DNA from: Eledone cirrhosa
Taxonomy: Eukaryota
Assembly: GCA_964016885.1 (NCBI GenBank)
Contig: OZ024744.1
Span: 121,830,001-121,894,000, forward strand
Direction: 5' to 3'
DNA length: 64,000 nucleotides
Numbering within the stretch: position 1 is the stretch's first letter; each line of letters starts with the position of its first letter. Position numbers and translations under genes: made by a program. Of this stretch, positions 46,001 to 61,700 are shown one piece after another. The notes under the pieces are model-generated. The model was not told the origin of the DNA. It did not search any database and worked only from the letters and a program-made list of their open reading frames with translations.

Positions 46001-48200
46001 CATGAACCAACCATCTCACACTATCTCTCTTCACAACATTTTATCACTACCTCTATTCCTCTCACCCAGTCACTTTCATACTTCCTCAACACATGACTTA
46101 ACCATCTCACACTATCTCTCTTCACAACATTTCATCACTACCTCTATTCCTCTCACCCAGTCACTTTCATACTTCCTCAACACATGACCCAACCATCTCA
46201 CACTATCTCTCTTCAAAACATCCATCACTCCCTCTATTCCTCTCACCCAGTCACTTTTATCCTTCCTCAACACATGACCCAACCATCTAACACTATCTCT
46301 CTTCACAACATCCATCACTACCTCTATTCCTCTCAGCCAGTCACTTTTATCCTTCCTCAACACATGACCCAACCATTCTCACACTATCTATCGTCACAAC
46401 ATCCATCACTACATCTATTCCTCTCACCCAGTCACTTTTATACTTCTTCAACACATGACCCAACCATCTCACACTATCTCTCTTCACAACATCCATCACT
46501 ACATCTATTCCTCTCACACTGTCACTTTCATACTTCCTCAACACATGACCCAACCATCTCACACTATCTCTCTTCACAACATCCATCACTACCTCTATTC
46601 CTCTCACCCAGTCACTATTATACTTCCTCAACACATGACCTAACCATCTCACACTATCTCTCTTCACAACATCCATCACTACGTCTGTTCCTCTCACCCA
46701 GTCTCTTTCAACCTTCCTCAACACATGACCTAACCATCTCACACTATCTCTCTTCACAACATCCATCACTACCTCTATTCCTCTCACCCAGTCACTTTTA
46801 TACTTCCTCAACACATGACCTAACCCTCTCACACTATCTCTCTTCACAATATCCATCACTACCTCTGTTCCTCTCACCCAGTCACTTTTATCCTTCCTCA
46901 ACACATGACCCAACCATCTCACACTATCTCTCTTCACAACATTTCATCACTACCTCTATTCCTCTCACCCAGTCACTTTCATACTTCCTCAACACATGAC
47001 CCAACCATCTCACACTATGTCTCTTCACAACATCCATCTCTACCTCTATTCCTCTCACCCAGTCACTTTTATCCTTCCTCAACACATGACCCAACCATCT
47101 CACACTATCTCACTTCACAACATCCATCACTGCCTCTATTCCTCTCACCCAGTCACATTCTAACTTCCTCAACACATGACCCAACCATCTCACACTATCT
47201 CTCTTCACAACATCCATCACTACCTCTATTCCTCTCACCCAGTCACTTTTATCCTTCCTCAACACATGACCCAACCATCTCACACTAACTCTCTTCACAA
47301 CATTTCATCACTACCTCTATTCCTCTCAACCAGTCACTTTCATACTTCCTCAACACATGACCTAACTATCTCACACTATCTCTCTTCACGACATCCATCA
47401 CTATCTCTGTTCCTCTCACCCAGTCACTTTCATACTTCCTCAACACATGAATCAACCATCTCACACTATCTCTCTTCACAACATTTTATCACTACCTCTA
47501 TTCCTCTCACCCAGTCACTTTCATACTTCCTCAACACATGACCCAACCATCTCACACTATCTCTCTTCACAACATTTCATCACTACCTCTATTCCTCTCA
47601 CCCAGTCACTTTCATACTTCCTCAACACATGACCCAACAATCTCACACTATCTCTCTTCAAAACAAGGTCCATCACTACCTCTATTCCTCTCACCCAGTC
47701 ACTTTTATCCTTCCTCAACACATGACCCAACCATCTCACACTATCTCTCTTCACAACATCCATCACTACCTCTATTCCTCTCAGCCAGTCACTTTTATCC
47801 TTCCTCAACACATGACCCAACCATTCTCACACTATCTATCTTCACAACATCCATCACTACATCTATTCCTCTCACCCAGTCACTTTTATACTTCTTCAAC
47901 ACATGACCCAACCATCTCACACTATCTCTCTTCACAACATCCATCACTACCTCTATTCCTCTCACCCAGTCACTATTATCCTTCCTCAACACATGACCTA
48001 ACCATCTCACACTATATCTCTTCACAACATCCATCACTACCTCCATTCCTCTCAGCCAGTCACTTTTATCCTTCCTCAACACATGAACCAACCATCTCAC
48101 ACTATCTTACTTCACAACATCCATCACTGCCTCTATTCCTCTCACCCAGTCACATTCTAACTTCCTCAACACATGACCCAACCATCTCACACTATCTCTC
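40040..48200. repeat. Indel-rich sub-domain with ~3.7-3.8-kb and 1445-bp duplications
   Basis: CGTCAAC at 41303 and 45001 (3698 apart). Near-identical ORF-track entries start at 41967, 45665 and 47110. TCTCACACCA at 40062 and 43851 and CCTCGTCAC at 40652 and 44441 are 3789 apart. Confidence 0.85.
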
Positions 48201-51200
48201 TTCACAACATCCATCACTACCTCTATTCCTCTCACCCAGTCACTTTTATCCTTCCTCAACACATGACCCAATAATCTCACACTATCTCTCTTCACAACAA
48301 CCATCACTACCTCTATTCCTCTCACCCAGTTACTTTTATCCTTCCTCAACACATGACCCAATAATCTCACACTATCTCTCTTCACAACATCCATTATTAC
48401 CTCTGTTCCTCTCAGCCAGTCACTTTCATACTTCCTCAACACATGACCCAACCATCTCACACTATCTGTTTTCACAACATCCATCACTACCTCAATTTCT
48501 CTCACCCAGTCACTTTTATCCTTCCTCAACACATGACCCAACCATCTCACACTATCTCTCTTCACGACATCCATCACTACCTCTATTCTTCTCACCCAGT
48601 CACTTTTATCCTTCCTCAACACATGACCCAACCATCTCACACTATCTCTCATTACAACAACCATCACTACCTCTATTCCTCTCACCCAGTTACTTTTATC
48701 CTTCCTCAACACATGACCCAACCATCTCACACTATCTCTCGTCACAACATCCATTATTACCTCTGTTCCTCTCACCCAGTCACTTTCATACTTCCTCAAC
48801 ACATGACCCAACCATCTCACACTATCTCTCTTCACAACATCCATCACTACCTCAATTTCTCTCACCCAGTCACTCTTATCCTTACTCAACACATGACCCA
48901 ACCATCTCACACTATCTCTCTTCACAACATCCATCACTACCTCTATTCCTCTCACCCAGTCACTTTCATACTTCCTCAACACATGAGCGAACCATCTCAC
49001 ACTATCTCTCTTCACAACATCCATCACTACCTCTATTCCTCTCACCCAGTCACTTTTATCCTTCCTCAACACATGACCCAACCATCTCACACTATCTCTC
49101 TTCACAACATCCATCAGTACCTCTATTGCTCTTACCCAGTCACTTTCATAATTCCTGAACACATGACCCAACCATCTCACACTATCTCTCTTCACAACAT
49201 CCATCACTACCTCTATTCCTCTCACCCAGTCACTTTTAACCTTCCTCAACACATGACCCAACCATCTCACACTATCTCTCTTCACAACATCCATCACTAC
49301 CTCTGTTCCTCTCACCCAGTCACATTCATACATCCTCAACACATGACCCACACATCTCAAACTATCTCTCTTCATAACATCCATCACTACCTCCATTCCT
49401 CTCACCCAGTCACTTGCATACTTCCTCAACACATGACCGAACCATCTCACACTATCTCTCTTCACAACATCCATCACTACCTCAATTTCTCTCACCCAGT
49501 CACTTTTATCCTTCCTCAACACATCACCCAACCATCTCACACTATCTCTCTTCACAACATCCATCACTACCTCTATTCTTCTCACCCAGTCACTTTTATC
49601 CTTCCTCAACACATGACCCAACCATCCCACACTATCTCTCTTCACAACATCCATCACTACCTCCATTCCTCTCAGCCAGTCACATTCATACTTCCTCAAC
49701 ACATCACCCAACCATCTCACATTATCTCTCTTCACAACATCCATCACTACGTCTGTTCCTCTCACCCAGTCACTTTTATACTTCCTCAACACATGACCCA
49801 ACCATCTCACACTATCTCTCTTCAATACATCCATCACTACCTCCATTCCTCTCAGCCAGTCACTTTTATCCTTTCTCAAATCATGACCCAACCATCTCAC
49901 ACTATCTCTCTTCACAACATCCATCACTACCTCTGTTCCTCTCAACCAGTCACATTCATACATCCTCAACACATGACCCAACCATCTCACACTATCTCTC
50001 TTCACAACATCCATCACTACCTCTATTCCTCTCACCCAGTCACTTTTATCCTTCCTCAACACATGAAGCAACCATTCTCACACTATCTCTCTTCACAACA
50101 TCCATCACTACCTCTATTCCTCTCACCCAGTCACTTTCATACTTCCTCAACACATGACCCAACCATCTCACACTATCTCTCATCACAACATCCATCACTA
50201 CCTCTATTCCTCTCACCCAGTCACTTTTATCCTTCCTCAACACATGACCCAACCATCTCACACTATCTCTCTTCACAACATACATCACTACCTCTATTCC
50301 TCTCACCCAGTCACTTTTATCCTTCCTCAACACATGACCTAACCATCTCACACTATCTCTCTTCACAACATCCATCACTACCTCCATTCCTCTTAGCCAG
50401 TCACTTTTATCCTTCCTCAACACATGAACCAACCATCTCACACTATCTCTCATCACAACAACCATCACTACCTCTATTCCTCTCACCCAGTTACTTTTAT
50501 CCTTCCTCAACACATGACCCAGCCATCTCACACTATCTCTCTTCACAACATCCATCATTACCTCTGTTCCTCTCACCCAGTCACATTCATACTGCCTCAA
50601 CACATGACCCAACCATCTCACACTATCTCTCTTCACGACATCCATCACTACCTCTGTTCCTCTCACCCAGTCACTTTCATACTTCCTCAACACATGAACC
50701 AACCATCTCACACTATCTCTCTTCACAACATTTCATCACTACCTCTATTCCTCTCACCCAGTCACTTTCATACTTCCTCAACACATGACCCAACCATCTC
50801 ACACTATCTCTCTTCACAACATTTCATCACTACCTCTATTCCTCTCACCCAGTCACTTTCATACTTCCTCAACACATGACCCAACCATCTCACAATATCT
50901 CTCTTCACAACATCCATCACTACCTCTATTCCTCTCACCCAGTTACCTTTATCCTTCCTCAACACATGACCCAACCATCTCACACTATCTCTCTTCACAA
51001 CATCCATCACTACATCTATTCCTCTCACACTGTCACTTTCACACTTCCTCAACACATGACCCAACCATCTCACACTATCTCTCTTCACAACATACATCAC
51101 TACCTCTATTCCTCTCACCCAGTCACTTTTATCCTTCCTCAACACATGACCTAACCATCTCACACTATCTCTCTTCACAACATCCATCACTACCTCCATT

Positions 51201-52519
51201 CCTCTCAGCCAGTCACTTTTATCCTTCCTCAACACATGAACCAACCATCTCACACTATCTCTCATCACAACAACCATCACTACCTCTATTCCTCTCACCC
51301 AGTTACTTTTATCCTTCCTCAACACATGACCCAGCCATCTCACACTATCTCTCTTCACAACATCCATCATTACTTCTGTTCCTCTCATCCAGTCACTTTC
51401 ATACTTCCTCAACACATGACCCAACCATCTCACACTATCTCTCTTCACAACATCCATCACTACCTCTATTCCTCTCACCCAGTCACTTTCATACTTCCTC
51501 AACACATGACCCAACCATCTCACACTATCTCTCTTCACAACATCCATCACTACCTCTGTTCCTCTCACCCAGTCACTTTTATCCTTCCTCAACACATGAC
51601 CCAACCATCTAACACTATCTCTCTTCACAACATTTCATCACTACCTTCATTCCTCTCAGCCAGTCACTTTTATCCTTCCTCAACACATGACCCAACCATC
51701 TCACACTATCTCTCTTCACAACATCCATCATTACTTCTGTTCCTCTCATCCAGTCACTTTCATACTTCCTCAACACATGACCCAACCATCTCACACTATC
51801 TCTCTTCACAACATCCATCACTACCTCTATTCCTCTCACCCAGTCACTTTCATACTTCCTCAACACATGAGCCAACCATCTCACACTATCTCTCTTCACA
51901 ACATCCATCACTACCTCTATTCCTCTCACCCAGTCACTTTTATCCTTCCTCAACACATGACCCAACCATCTCACACTATCTCTCTTCACAACATCCATCA
52001 CTACCTCTATTCCTCTCACCCAGTCACTTTCATACTTCCACAACACATGACCAACCATCTCACATTATCTCTCTTCACAACACCCATCACTACCTCTATT
52101 CCTCTCACCCAGTCACTTTTATCCTTCCTCAACACATGACCCAGCCATCTCACACTATCTCTCTTCACAACATCCATCATTACCTCTGTTCCTCTCACCC
52201 AGTCACTTTCATACTTCCTCAACACATGACCCAACCATCTCACACTATCTCTCTTCACAACATCCATCACTACATCTATTCCTCTCACACTGTCACTTTC
52301 ATACTTCCTCAACACATGACCCAACCATCTCACACTATCTCTCTTCACAACATACACCACTACCTCTATTCCTCTCACCCAGTCACTTTTATCCTTCCTC
52401 AACACATGACCCAACCATCTCACACTATCTCTCTTCACAACATCCATCACTACCTCTATTCCTCTCACCCAGTCACTTTCATACTTCCTCAACACATGAG
52501 CCAACCATCTCACACTATC

Positions 52520-55500
52520 TCTCTTCACAACATCCATCACTACCTCTATTCCTCTCAGCCAGTCACATTTATCCCTCCTCAACACATGACCCAACCATCT
52601 CACACTATCTCTCTTCACAACATACATCACTGCCTCTATTCCTCTCACCCAGTCACTTTCATACTTCCTCAACACATGACCCAACCATCTCACACTATCT
52701 CTCTTCACAACATCCATCACTACCTCTGTTCCTCTCACCCAGTCACTTTTATCCTTCCTCAACACATGACCCAACCATTCTCACACTATCTATCTTCACA
52801 ACATCCATCACTACATCTATTCCTCTCACCCAGTCACTTTTATACTTTTTCAACACATGACCCAACCAGCTCACACTATCTCTCTTCACAACATCCATCA
52901 CTACATCTATGCCTCTCACACTGTCACTTTCATACTTCCTCAACACATGACCCAACCATCTCACACTATCTCTCTTCACAACATACATCACTACCTCTAT
53001 TCCTCTCACCCAGTCACTTTTATCCTTCCTCAACACATGACCTAACCATCTTACACTATCTCTCTTCACAACATCCATCACTACCTCCATTCCTCTCAGC
53101 CAGTCACTTTTATCCTTCCTCAACACATGAACCAACCATCTCACACTATCTCTCATCACAACAACCATCACTACCTTTATTCCTCTCACCCAGTTACTTT
53201 TATCCTTCCTCAACACATGACCCAGCCATCTCACACTATCTCTCTCCACAACATCCATCATTACTTCTGTTCCTCTCATCCAGTCACCTTCATACTTCCT
53301 CAACACATGACCCAACCATCTCACACTATCTCTCTTCACAACATCCATCACTACCTCTATTCCTCTCACCCAGTCACTTTCATACTTCCTCAAAACATGA
53401 CCCAACCATCTCACACTATCTCTCTTCACAACATCCATCACTACCTCTGTTCCTCTCACCCAGTCACTTTTATCCTTCCTCAACACATGACCCAACCATC
53501 TAACACTATCTCTCTTCACAACATTTCATCACTACCTTCATTCCTCTCAGCCAGTCACTTTTATCCTTCCTCAACACATGACCCAACCATCTCACACTAT
53601 CTCTCTTCACAACATCCATCACTACCTCTATTCCTCTCACCCAGTCACTTTCATACTTCCTCAACACATGAGCCAACCATCTCACACTATCTCTCTTCAC
53701 AACATCCATCACTACCTCTATTCCTCTCACCCAGTCACTTTAATCCTTCCTCAACACATGACCCAACCATCTCACACTATCTCTCTTCACAACATCCATC
53801 ACTACCTCTATTCCTCTCACCCAGTCACATTCATACTTCCACAACACATGACCAACCATCTCACATTATCTCCCTTCACAACACCCATCACTACCTCTAT
53901 TCCTCTCACCCAGTCACTTTTATCCTTCCTCAACACATGACCCAACCATCTCACACTATCTCTCTTCACAACATCCATTATTACCTCTGTTCCTCTCACC
54001 CAGTCACTTTCATACTTCCTCAACACATGACCCAACCATCTCACACTAACTCTCTTCACAACATTTCATCACTACCTCTATTCCTCTCAACCAGTCACTT
54101 TCATACTTCCTCAACACATGACCTAACCATCTCACACTATCTCTCTTCACGACATCCATCACTACCTCTGTTCCTCTCACCCAGTCACTTTCATACTTCC
54201 TCAACACATGAACCAACCATCTCACACTATCTCTCTTCACAACATTTCATCACTACCTCTATTCCTCTCACCCAGTCACTTTCATACTTCCTCAACACAT
54301 GACCCAACCATCTCACACTATCTCTCTTCACAACAGTTCATCACTACCTCTATTCCTCTCACCCAGTCACTTTCATACTTCCTCAACACATGACCCAACC
54401 ATCTCACACTATCTCTCTTCACAACATCCATCACTACCTCTATTCCTCTCACCCAGTTACCTTTATCCTTCCTCAACACATGACCCAACCATCTCACACT
54501 ATCTCACTTCACAACATCCATCATTACCTCTGTTCCTCTCACCCAGTCACTTTCATACTTCCTCAACACATGACCCAACCATCTCACACTATCTCTCATC
54601 ACAACATCCATCACTACCTCTATTCCTCTCACCCAGTCACTTTTATCCTTCCTCAACACATGACCCAACCATCTCACACTATCTCTCTTCACAACATACA
54701 TCACTACCTCTATTCCTCTCACCCAGTCACTTTTATCCTTCCTCAACACATGACCTAACCATCTCACACTATCTCTCTTCACAACATCCATCACTACCTC
54801 CATTCCTCTTAGCCAGTCACTTTTATCCTTCCTCAACACATGAACCAACCATCTCACACTATCTCTCATCACAACAACCATCACTACCTCTATTCCTCTC
54901 ACCCAGTTACTTTTATCCTTCCTCAACACATGACCCAGCCATCTCACACTATCTCTCTTCACAACATCCATCATTACCTCTGTTCCTCTCACCCAGTCAC
55001 ATTCATACTGCCTCAACACATGACCCAACCATCTCACACTATCTCTCTTCACGACATCCATCACTACCTCTGTTCCTCTCACCCAGTCACTTTCATACTT
55101 CCTCAACACATGAACCAACCATCTCACACTATCTCTCTTCACAACATTTCATCACTACCTCTATTCCTCTCACCCAGTCACTTTCATACTTCCTCAACAC
55201 ATGACCCAACCATCTCACACTATCTCTCTTCACAACATTTCATCACTACCTCTATTCCTCTCACCCAGTCACTTTCATACTTCCTCAACACATGACCCAA
55301 CCATCTCACAATATCTCTCTTCACAACATCCATCACTACCTCTATTCCTCTCACCCAGTTACCTTTATCCTTCCTCAACACATGACCCAACCATCTCACA
55401 CTATCTCTCTTCACAACATCCATCACTACGTCTATTCCTCTCACCCAGTCACTTTTATCCTTCCTCAACACATGACCCAACCATCTCACACTATCTCTCT

Positions 55501-58500
55501 TCACAACATCCATCACTACCTCTATTCCTCTCACCCAGTCACTTTTATCCTTCCTCAACACATGACCCAACCATCTCACACTATCTCTCTTCACAACATA
55601 CATCACTACCTCTATTCCTCTCACCCAGTCACTTTTATCCTTCCTGAACACATGAACCAACCATTCTCACACTATCTCTCTTCACAACATCCATCACTAC
55701 CTCTATTCCTCTCAGCCAGTCACTTTTATCCTTCCTCAACACATGACCCAACCATTCTCACACTATCTATCTTCACAACATCCATCACTACATCTATTCC
55801 TCTCACCCAGTCACTTTTATACTTTTTCAACACATGACCCAACCATCTCACACTATCTCTCTTCACAACATCCATCACTACATCTATTCCTCTCACACTG
55901 TCAATTTCATACTTCCTCAAAACATGACCCAACCATCTCACACTATCTCTCTTCACAACATACATCACTACCTCTATTCCTCTCACCCAGTCACTTTTAT
56001 CCTTCCTCAACACATGACCTAACCATCTCACACTATCTCTCTTCACAACATCCATCACTACCTCCATTCCTCTCAGCCAGTCACTTTTATCCTTCCTCAA
56101 CACATGAACCAACCATCTCACACTATCTCTCTTCACAACATCCATCACTGCCTCTATTCCTCTCACCCAGTCACATTCTAACTTCCTCAACACATGACCC
56201 AACCATCTCACACTATCTCTCTTCACAACATCCATCACTACCTCTATTCCTCTCACACAGTCACATTCATACTGCCTCAACACATGACCCAACCATCTCA
56301 CACTATCTCTCTTCACAACATCCATCACTACTTCTATTCCTCTCACCCAGTCACTTTCATACTTCCTCAACACATGAGCCAACCATCTAACACTATCTCT
56401 CTTCACAACATCCATCACTACCTCTATTCCTCTCACCCAGTCACTTTTATCCTTCCTCAACACATGACCCAACCATCTCACACTATCTCTCTTCACAACA
56501 TCCATCACTACCTCTATTGCTCTTACCCAGTCACTTTCATACTTCCTGAACACATGACCCAACCATCTCACACTATCTCTCTTCACAACATCCATCACTA
56601 CCTCTATTCCTCTCACCCAGTCACTTTTATCCTTCGTCAACACATGACCCAACCATCTCACACTATCTCTCTTCACAACATACATCACTACCTCTATTCC
56701 TGTCACCCAGTCACTTTCATACTTCCTCAACACATGACCCAACCATCTCACACTATCTCTCTTCACAACATCCATCACTACCTCTGTTCCTCTCACCCAG
56801 TCACTTTTATCCTTCCTCAACACATGACCCAACGATTCTCACACTATCTATCTTCACAACATCCATCACTACATCTATTCCTCTCACCCAGTCACTTTTA
56901 TACTTTTTCAACACATGATCCAACAATCTCACACTATCTCTCTTCACAACATCCATCACTACATCTATTCTTCTCACACTGTCACTTTCACACTTCCTCA
57001 ACACATGACCCAACCATCTCACACTATCTCTCTTCACAACATACATCACTACCTCTATTCCTCTCACCCAGTCACTTTTATCCTTCCTCAACACATGACC
57101 TAACCATCTCACACTATCTCTCTTCACAACATCCATCACTACCTCCATTCCTCTCAGCCAGTCACTTTTATCCTTCCTCAACACATGAACCAACCATCTC
57201 ACACTATCTCTCATCACAACAACCATCACTACCTCTATTCCTCTCACCCAGTTACTTTTATCCTTCCTCAACACATGACCCAGCCATCTCACACTATCTC
57301 TCTTCACAACATCCATCATTACTTCTGTTCCTCTCATCCAGTCACTTTCATACTTCCTCAACACATGACCCAACCATCTCACACTATCTCTCTTCACAAC
57401 ATCCATCACTACCTCTATTCCTCTCACCCAGTCACTTTCATACTTCCTCAACACATGACCCAACCATCTCACACTATCTCTCTTCACAACATCCATCACT
57501 ACCTCTGTTCCTCTCACCCAGTCACTTTTATCCTTCCTCAACACATGACCCAACCATCTAACACTATCTCTCTTCACAACATTTCATCACTACCTTCATT
57601 CCTCTCAGCCAGTCACTTTTATCCTTCCTCAACACATGACCCAACCATCTCACACTATCTCTCTTCACAACATCCATCATTACTTCTGTTCCTCTCATCC
57701 AGTCACTTTCATACTTCCTCAACACATGACCCAACCATCTCACACTATCTCTCTTCACAACATCCATCACTACCTCTATTCCTCTCACCCAGTCACTTTC
57801 ATACTTCCTCAACACATGAGCCAACCATCTCACACTATCTCTCTTCACAACATCCATCACTACCTCTATTCCTCTCACCCAGTCACTTTTATCCTTCCTC
57901 AACACATGACCCAACCATCTCACACTATCTCTCTTCACAACATCCATCACTACCTCTATTCCTCTCACCCAGTCACTTTCATACTTCCACAACACATGAC
58001 CAACCATCTCACATTATCTCTCTTCACAACACCCATCACTACCTCTATTCCTCTCACCCAGTCACTTTTATCCTTCCTGAACACATGACCCAGCCATCTC
58101 ACACTATCTCTCTTCACAACATCCATCATTACCTCTGTTCCTCTCACCCAGTCACTTTCATACTTCCTCAACACATGACCCAACCATCTCACACTATCTC
58201 TCTTCACAACATCCATCACTACATCTATTCCTCTCACACTGTCACTTTCATACTTCCTCAACACATGACCCAACCATCTCACACTATCTCTCTTCACAAC
58301 ATACACCACTACCTCTATTCCTCTCACCCAGTCACTTTTATCCTTCCTCAACACATGACCTAACCATCTCACACTATCTCTCTTCACAACATCCATCACT
58401 ACCTCCATTCCTCTCAGCCAGTCACTTTTATCCTTCCTCAACACATGAACCAACCATCTCACACTATCTCTCTTCACAACATCCATCACTATTTCTATTC

Positions 58501-61500
58501 CTCTCACCCAGTCACATTCTAACTTCCTCAACACATGACCCAACCCTCTAACACTATCTCTCTTCACAACATCCATCACTACCTCTATTCCTCTCACACA
58601 GTCACATTCATACTGCCTCAACACATGACCCAACCATCTCACACTATCTCTCTTCACAACATCCATCACTATTTCTATTCCTCTCACCTAGTCACTTTTA
58701 TCCTTCCTCAACACATGACCCAACTATCTCACACTATCTCTTTTCACAACAACCATCACTACATCTATTCCTCTAACCCAGTTACTTTTATCCTTCCTCA
58801 ACACATGACCCAACAATCTCACACTATCTCTCTTCACAACATCCATTATTACCTCTGTTCCTCTCACCCAGTCACTTTCATACTTCCTCAACACATGACC
58901 CAACCATCTCACACTATCTCTCTTCACAACATCCATCACTACCTCAATTTCTCTCACCCAGTCACTTTTATCCTTCCTCAACACATGACCCAACCATCTC
59001 ACACTATCTCTCTTCACAACATCCATCACTACCTCTATTGCTCTTACCCAGTCACTTTCATACTTCCTGAACACATGACCCAACCATCTCACACTATCTC
59101 TCTTCACAACATCCATCACTACCTCTATTCCTCTCACCCAGTCACTTTTATCCTTCCTCAACACATGACCCAACCATCTCACACTATCTCTCTTCACAAC
59201 ATCCATCACTACCTCTATTCCTCTCAGCCAGTCACATTTATCCTTCCTCAACACATGACCCAACCATCTCACACTATCTCTCTTCACAACATACATCACT
59301 ACCTCTATTCCTCTCACCCAGTCACTTTCATACTTCCTCAACACATGACCCAACCCTCTAACACTATCTCTCTTCACAACATCCATCACTACCTCTATTC
59401 CTCTCACACAGTCACATTCATACTGCCTCAACACATGACCCAACCATCTCACACTATCTCTCTTCACAACATCCATCACTATTTCTATTCCTCTCACCTA
59501 GTCACTTTTATCCTTCCTCAACACATGACCAAACCATCTCACACTATCTCTTTTCACAACAACCATCACTACCTCTATTCCTCTAACCCAGTTAATTTTA
59601 TCCTTCCTCAACACATGACCCAACAATCTCACACTATCTCTCTTCACAACATCCATTATTACCTCTGTTCCTCTCACCCAGTCACTTTCATACTTCCTCA
59701 ACACATGACCCAACCATCTCACACTATCTCTCTTCACAACATCCATCACTACCTCAATTTCTCTCACCCAGTCACTTTTATCCTTCCTCAACACATGACC
59801 CAACCATCTCACACTATCTCACTTCACAACATCCATCACTACCTCTATTCTTCTCACCCAGTCACTTTCACACTTCCTCAACACATGAGCCAACCATCTA
59901 ACACTATCTCTCTTCACAACATCCATCACTACCTCTATTCCTCTCACCCAGTCACTTTTATCCTTCCTCAACACATGACACAACCATGTCACACTATCTC
60001 TCTTCACAACATCCATCACTACCTCTATTGCTCTTACCCAGTCACTTTCATACTTCCTGAACACATGACCCAACCATCTCACACTATCTCTCTTCACAAC
60101 ATCCATCACTACCTCTATTCCTCTCACCCAGTCACTTTTATCCTTCCTCAACACATGACCCAACCATCTCACACTATCTCTCTTCACAACATCCATCACT
60201 ACCTCTATTCCTCTCAGCCAGTCACATTTATCTTTCCTCAACACATGACCCAACCATCTCACACTATCTCTCTTCACAACATACATCACTACCTCTATTC
60301 CTCTCACCCAGTCACTTTCATACTTCCTCAACACATGACCCAACCATCTCACACTATCTCTCTTCACAACATCCATCACTACCTCTGTTCCTCTCACCCA
60401 GTCACTTTTATCCTTCCTCAACACATGACCCAACCATTCTCACACTATCTATCTTCACAACATCCATCACTACATCTAATCCTCTCACCCAGTCACTTTT
60501 ATACTTTTTCAACACATGACCCAACCATCTCACACTATCTCTCTTCACAACATCCATCACTACATCTATTCCTCTCACACTGTCACTTTCATACTTCCTC
60601 AACACATGACCCAACCATCTCACACTATCTCTCTTCACAACATACATCACTACCTCTATTCCTCTCACCCAGTCAATTTTATCCTTCCTCAACACATGAC
60701 CTAACCATCTCACACTATCTCACTTCACAACATCCATCACTACCTCCATTCCTCTCAGCCAGTCACTTTTATCCTTCCTCAACACATGAACCAACCATCT
60801 CACACTATCTCTCATCACAACAACCATCACTACCTCTATTCCTCTCACCCAGTTACTTTTATCCTTCCTCAACACATGACCCAGCCATCTCACACTATCT
60901 CTCTTCACAACATCCATCATTACTTCTGTTCCTCTCATCCAGTCACTTTCATACTTCCTCAACACATGACCCAACCATCTCACACTATCTCTATTCACAA
61001 CATCCATCACTACCTCTATTCCTCTCACCCAGTCACTTTCATACTTCCTCAACACATGACCCAACCATCTCACACTATCTCTCTTCACAACATCCATCAC
61101 TACCTCTGTTCCTCTCACCCAGTCACTTTTATCCTTCCTCAACACATGACCCAACCATCTAACACTATCTCTCTTCACAACATTTCATCACTACCTTCAT
61201 TCCTCTCAGCCAGTCACTTTTATCCTTCCTCAACACATGACCCAACCATCTCACACTATCTCTCTTCACAACATCCATCACTACCTCTATTCCTCTCACC
61301 CAGTCACTTTCATACTTTCTCAACACATGAGCCAACCATCTCACACTATCTCTCTTCACAACATCCATCACTACCTCTATTCCTCTCACCCAGTCACTTT
61401 TATCCTTCCTCAACATATGACCCAACCATCTCACACTATCTCTCTTCACAACATCCATCACTACCTCTATTGCTCTTACCCAGTCACTTTCATACTTCCT

Positions 61501-61700
61501 GAACACATGACCCAACCATCTCACACTATCTCTCTTCACAACATCCATCACTACCTCTATTCCTCTCACCCAGTCACTTTTATCCTTCCTCAACACATGA
61601 CCCAACCATCTCACACTATCTCTCTTCACAACATCCATCACTACCTCTATTCCTCTCAGCCAGTCACATTTATCCTTCCTCAACACATGACCCAACCATC
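52520..61700. repeat. Long-range copy of the 2.9-12.1 kb block (offset ~49.5-50.1 kb)
   Basis: Private variants recur in order: CATCTATGCC 3271/52904 and CTCCACAACA 3611/53244 (49633 apart); TGTCACCC 6616/56701 (50085); CTAATCCTCT 10931/60476 and CATATG 11869/61414 (49545). Confidence 0.88.
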
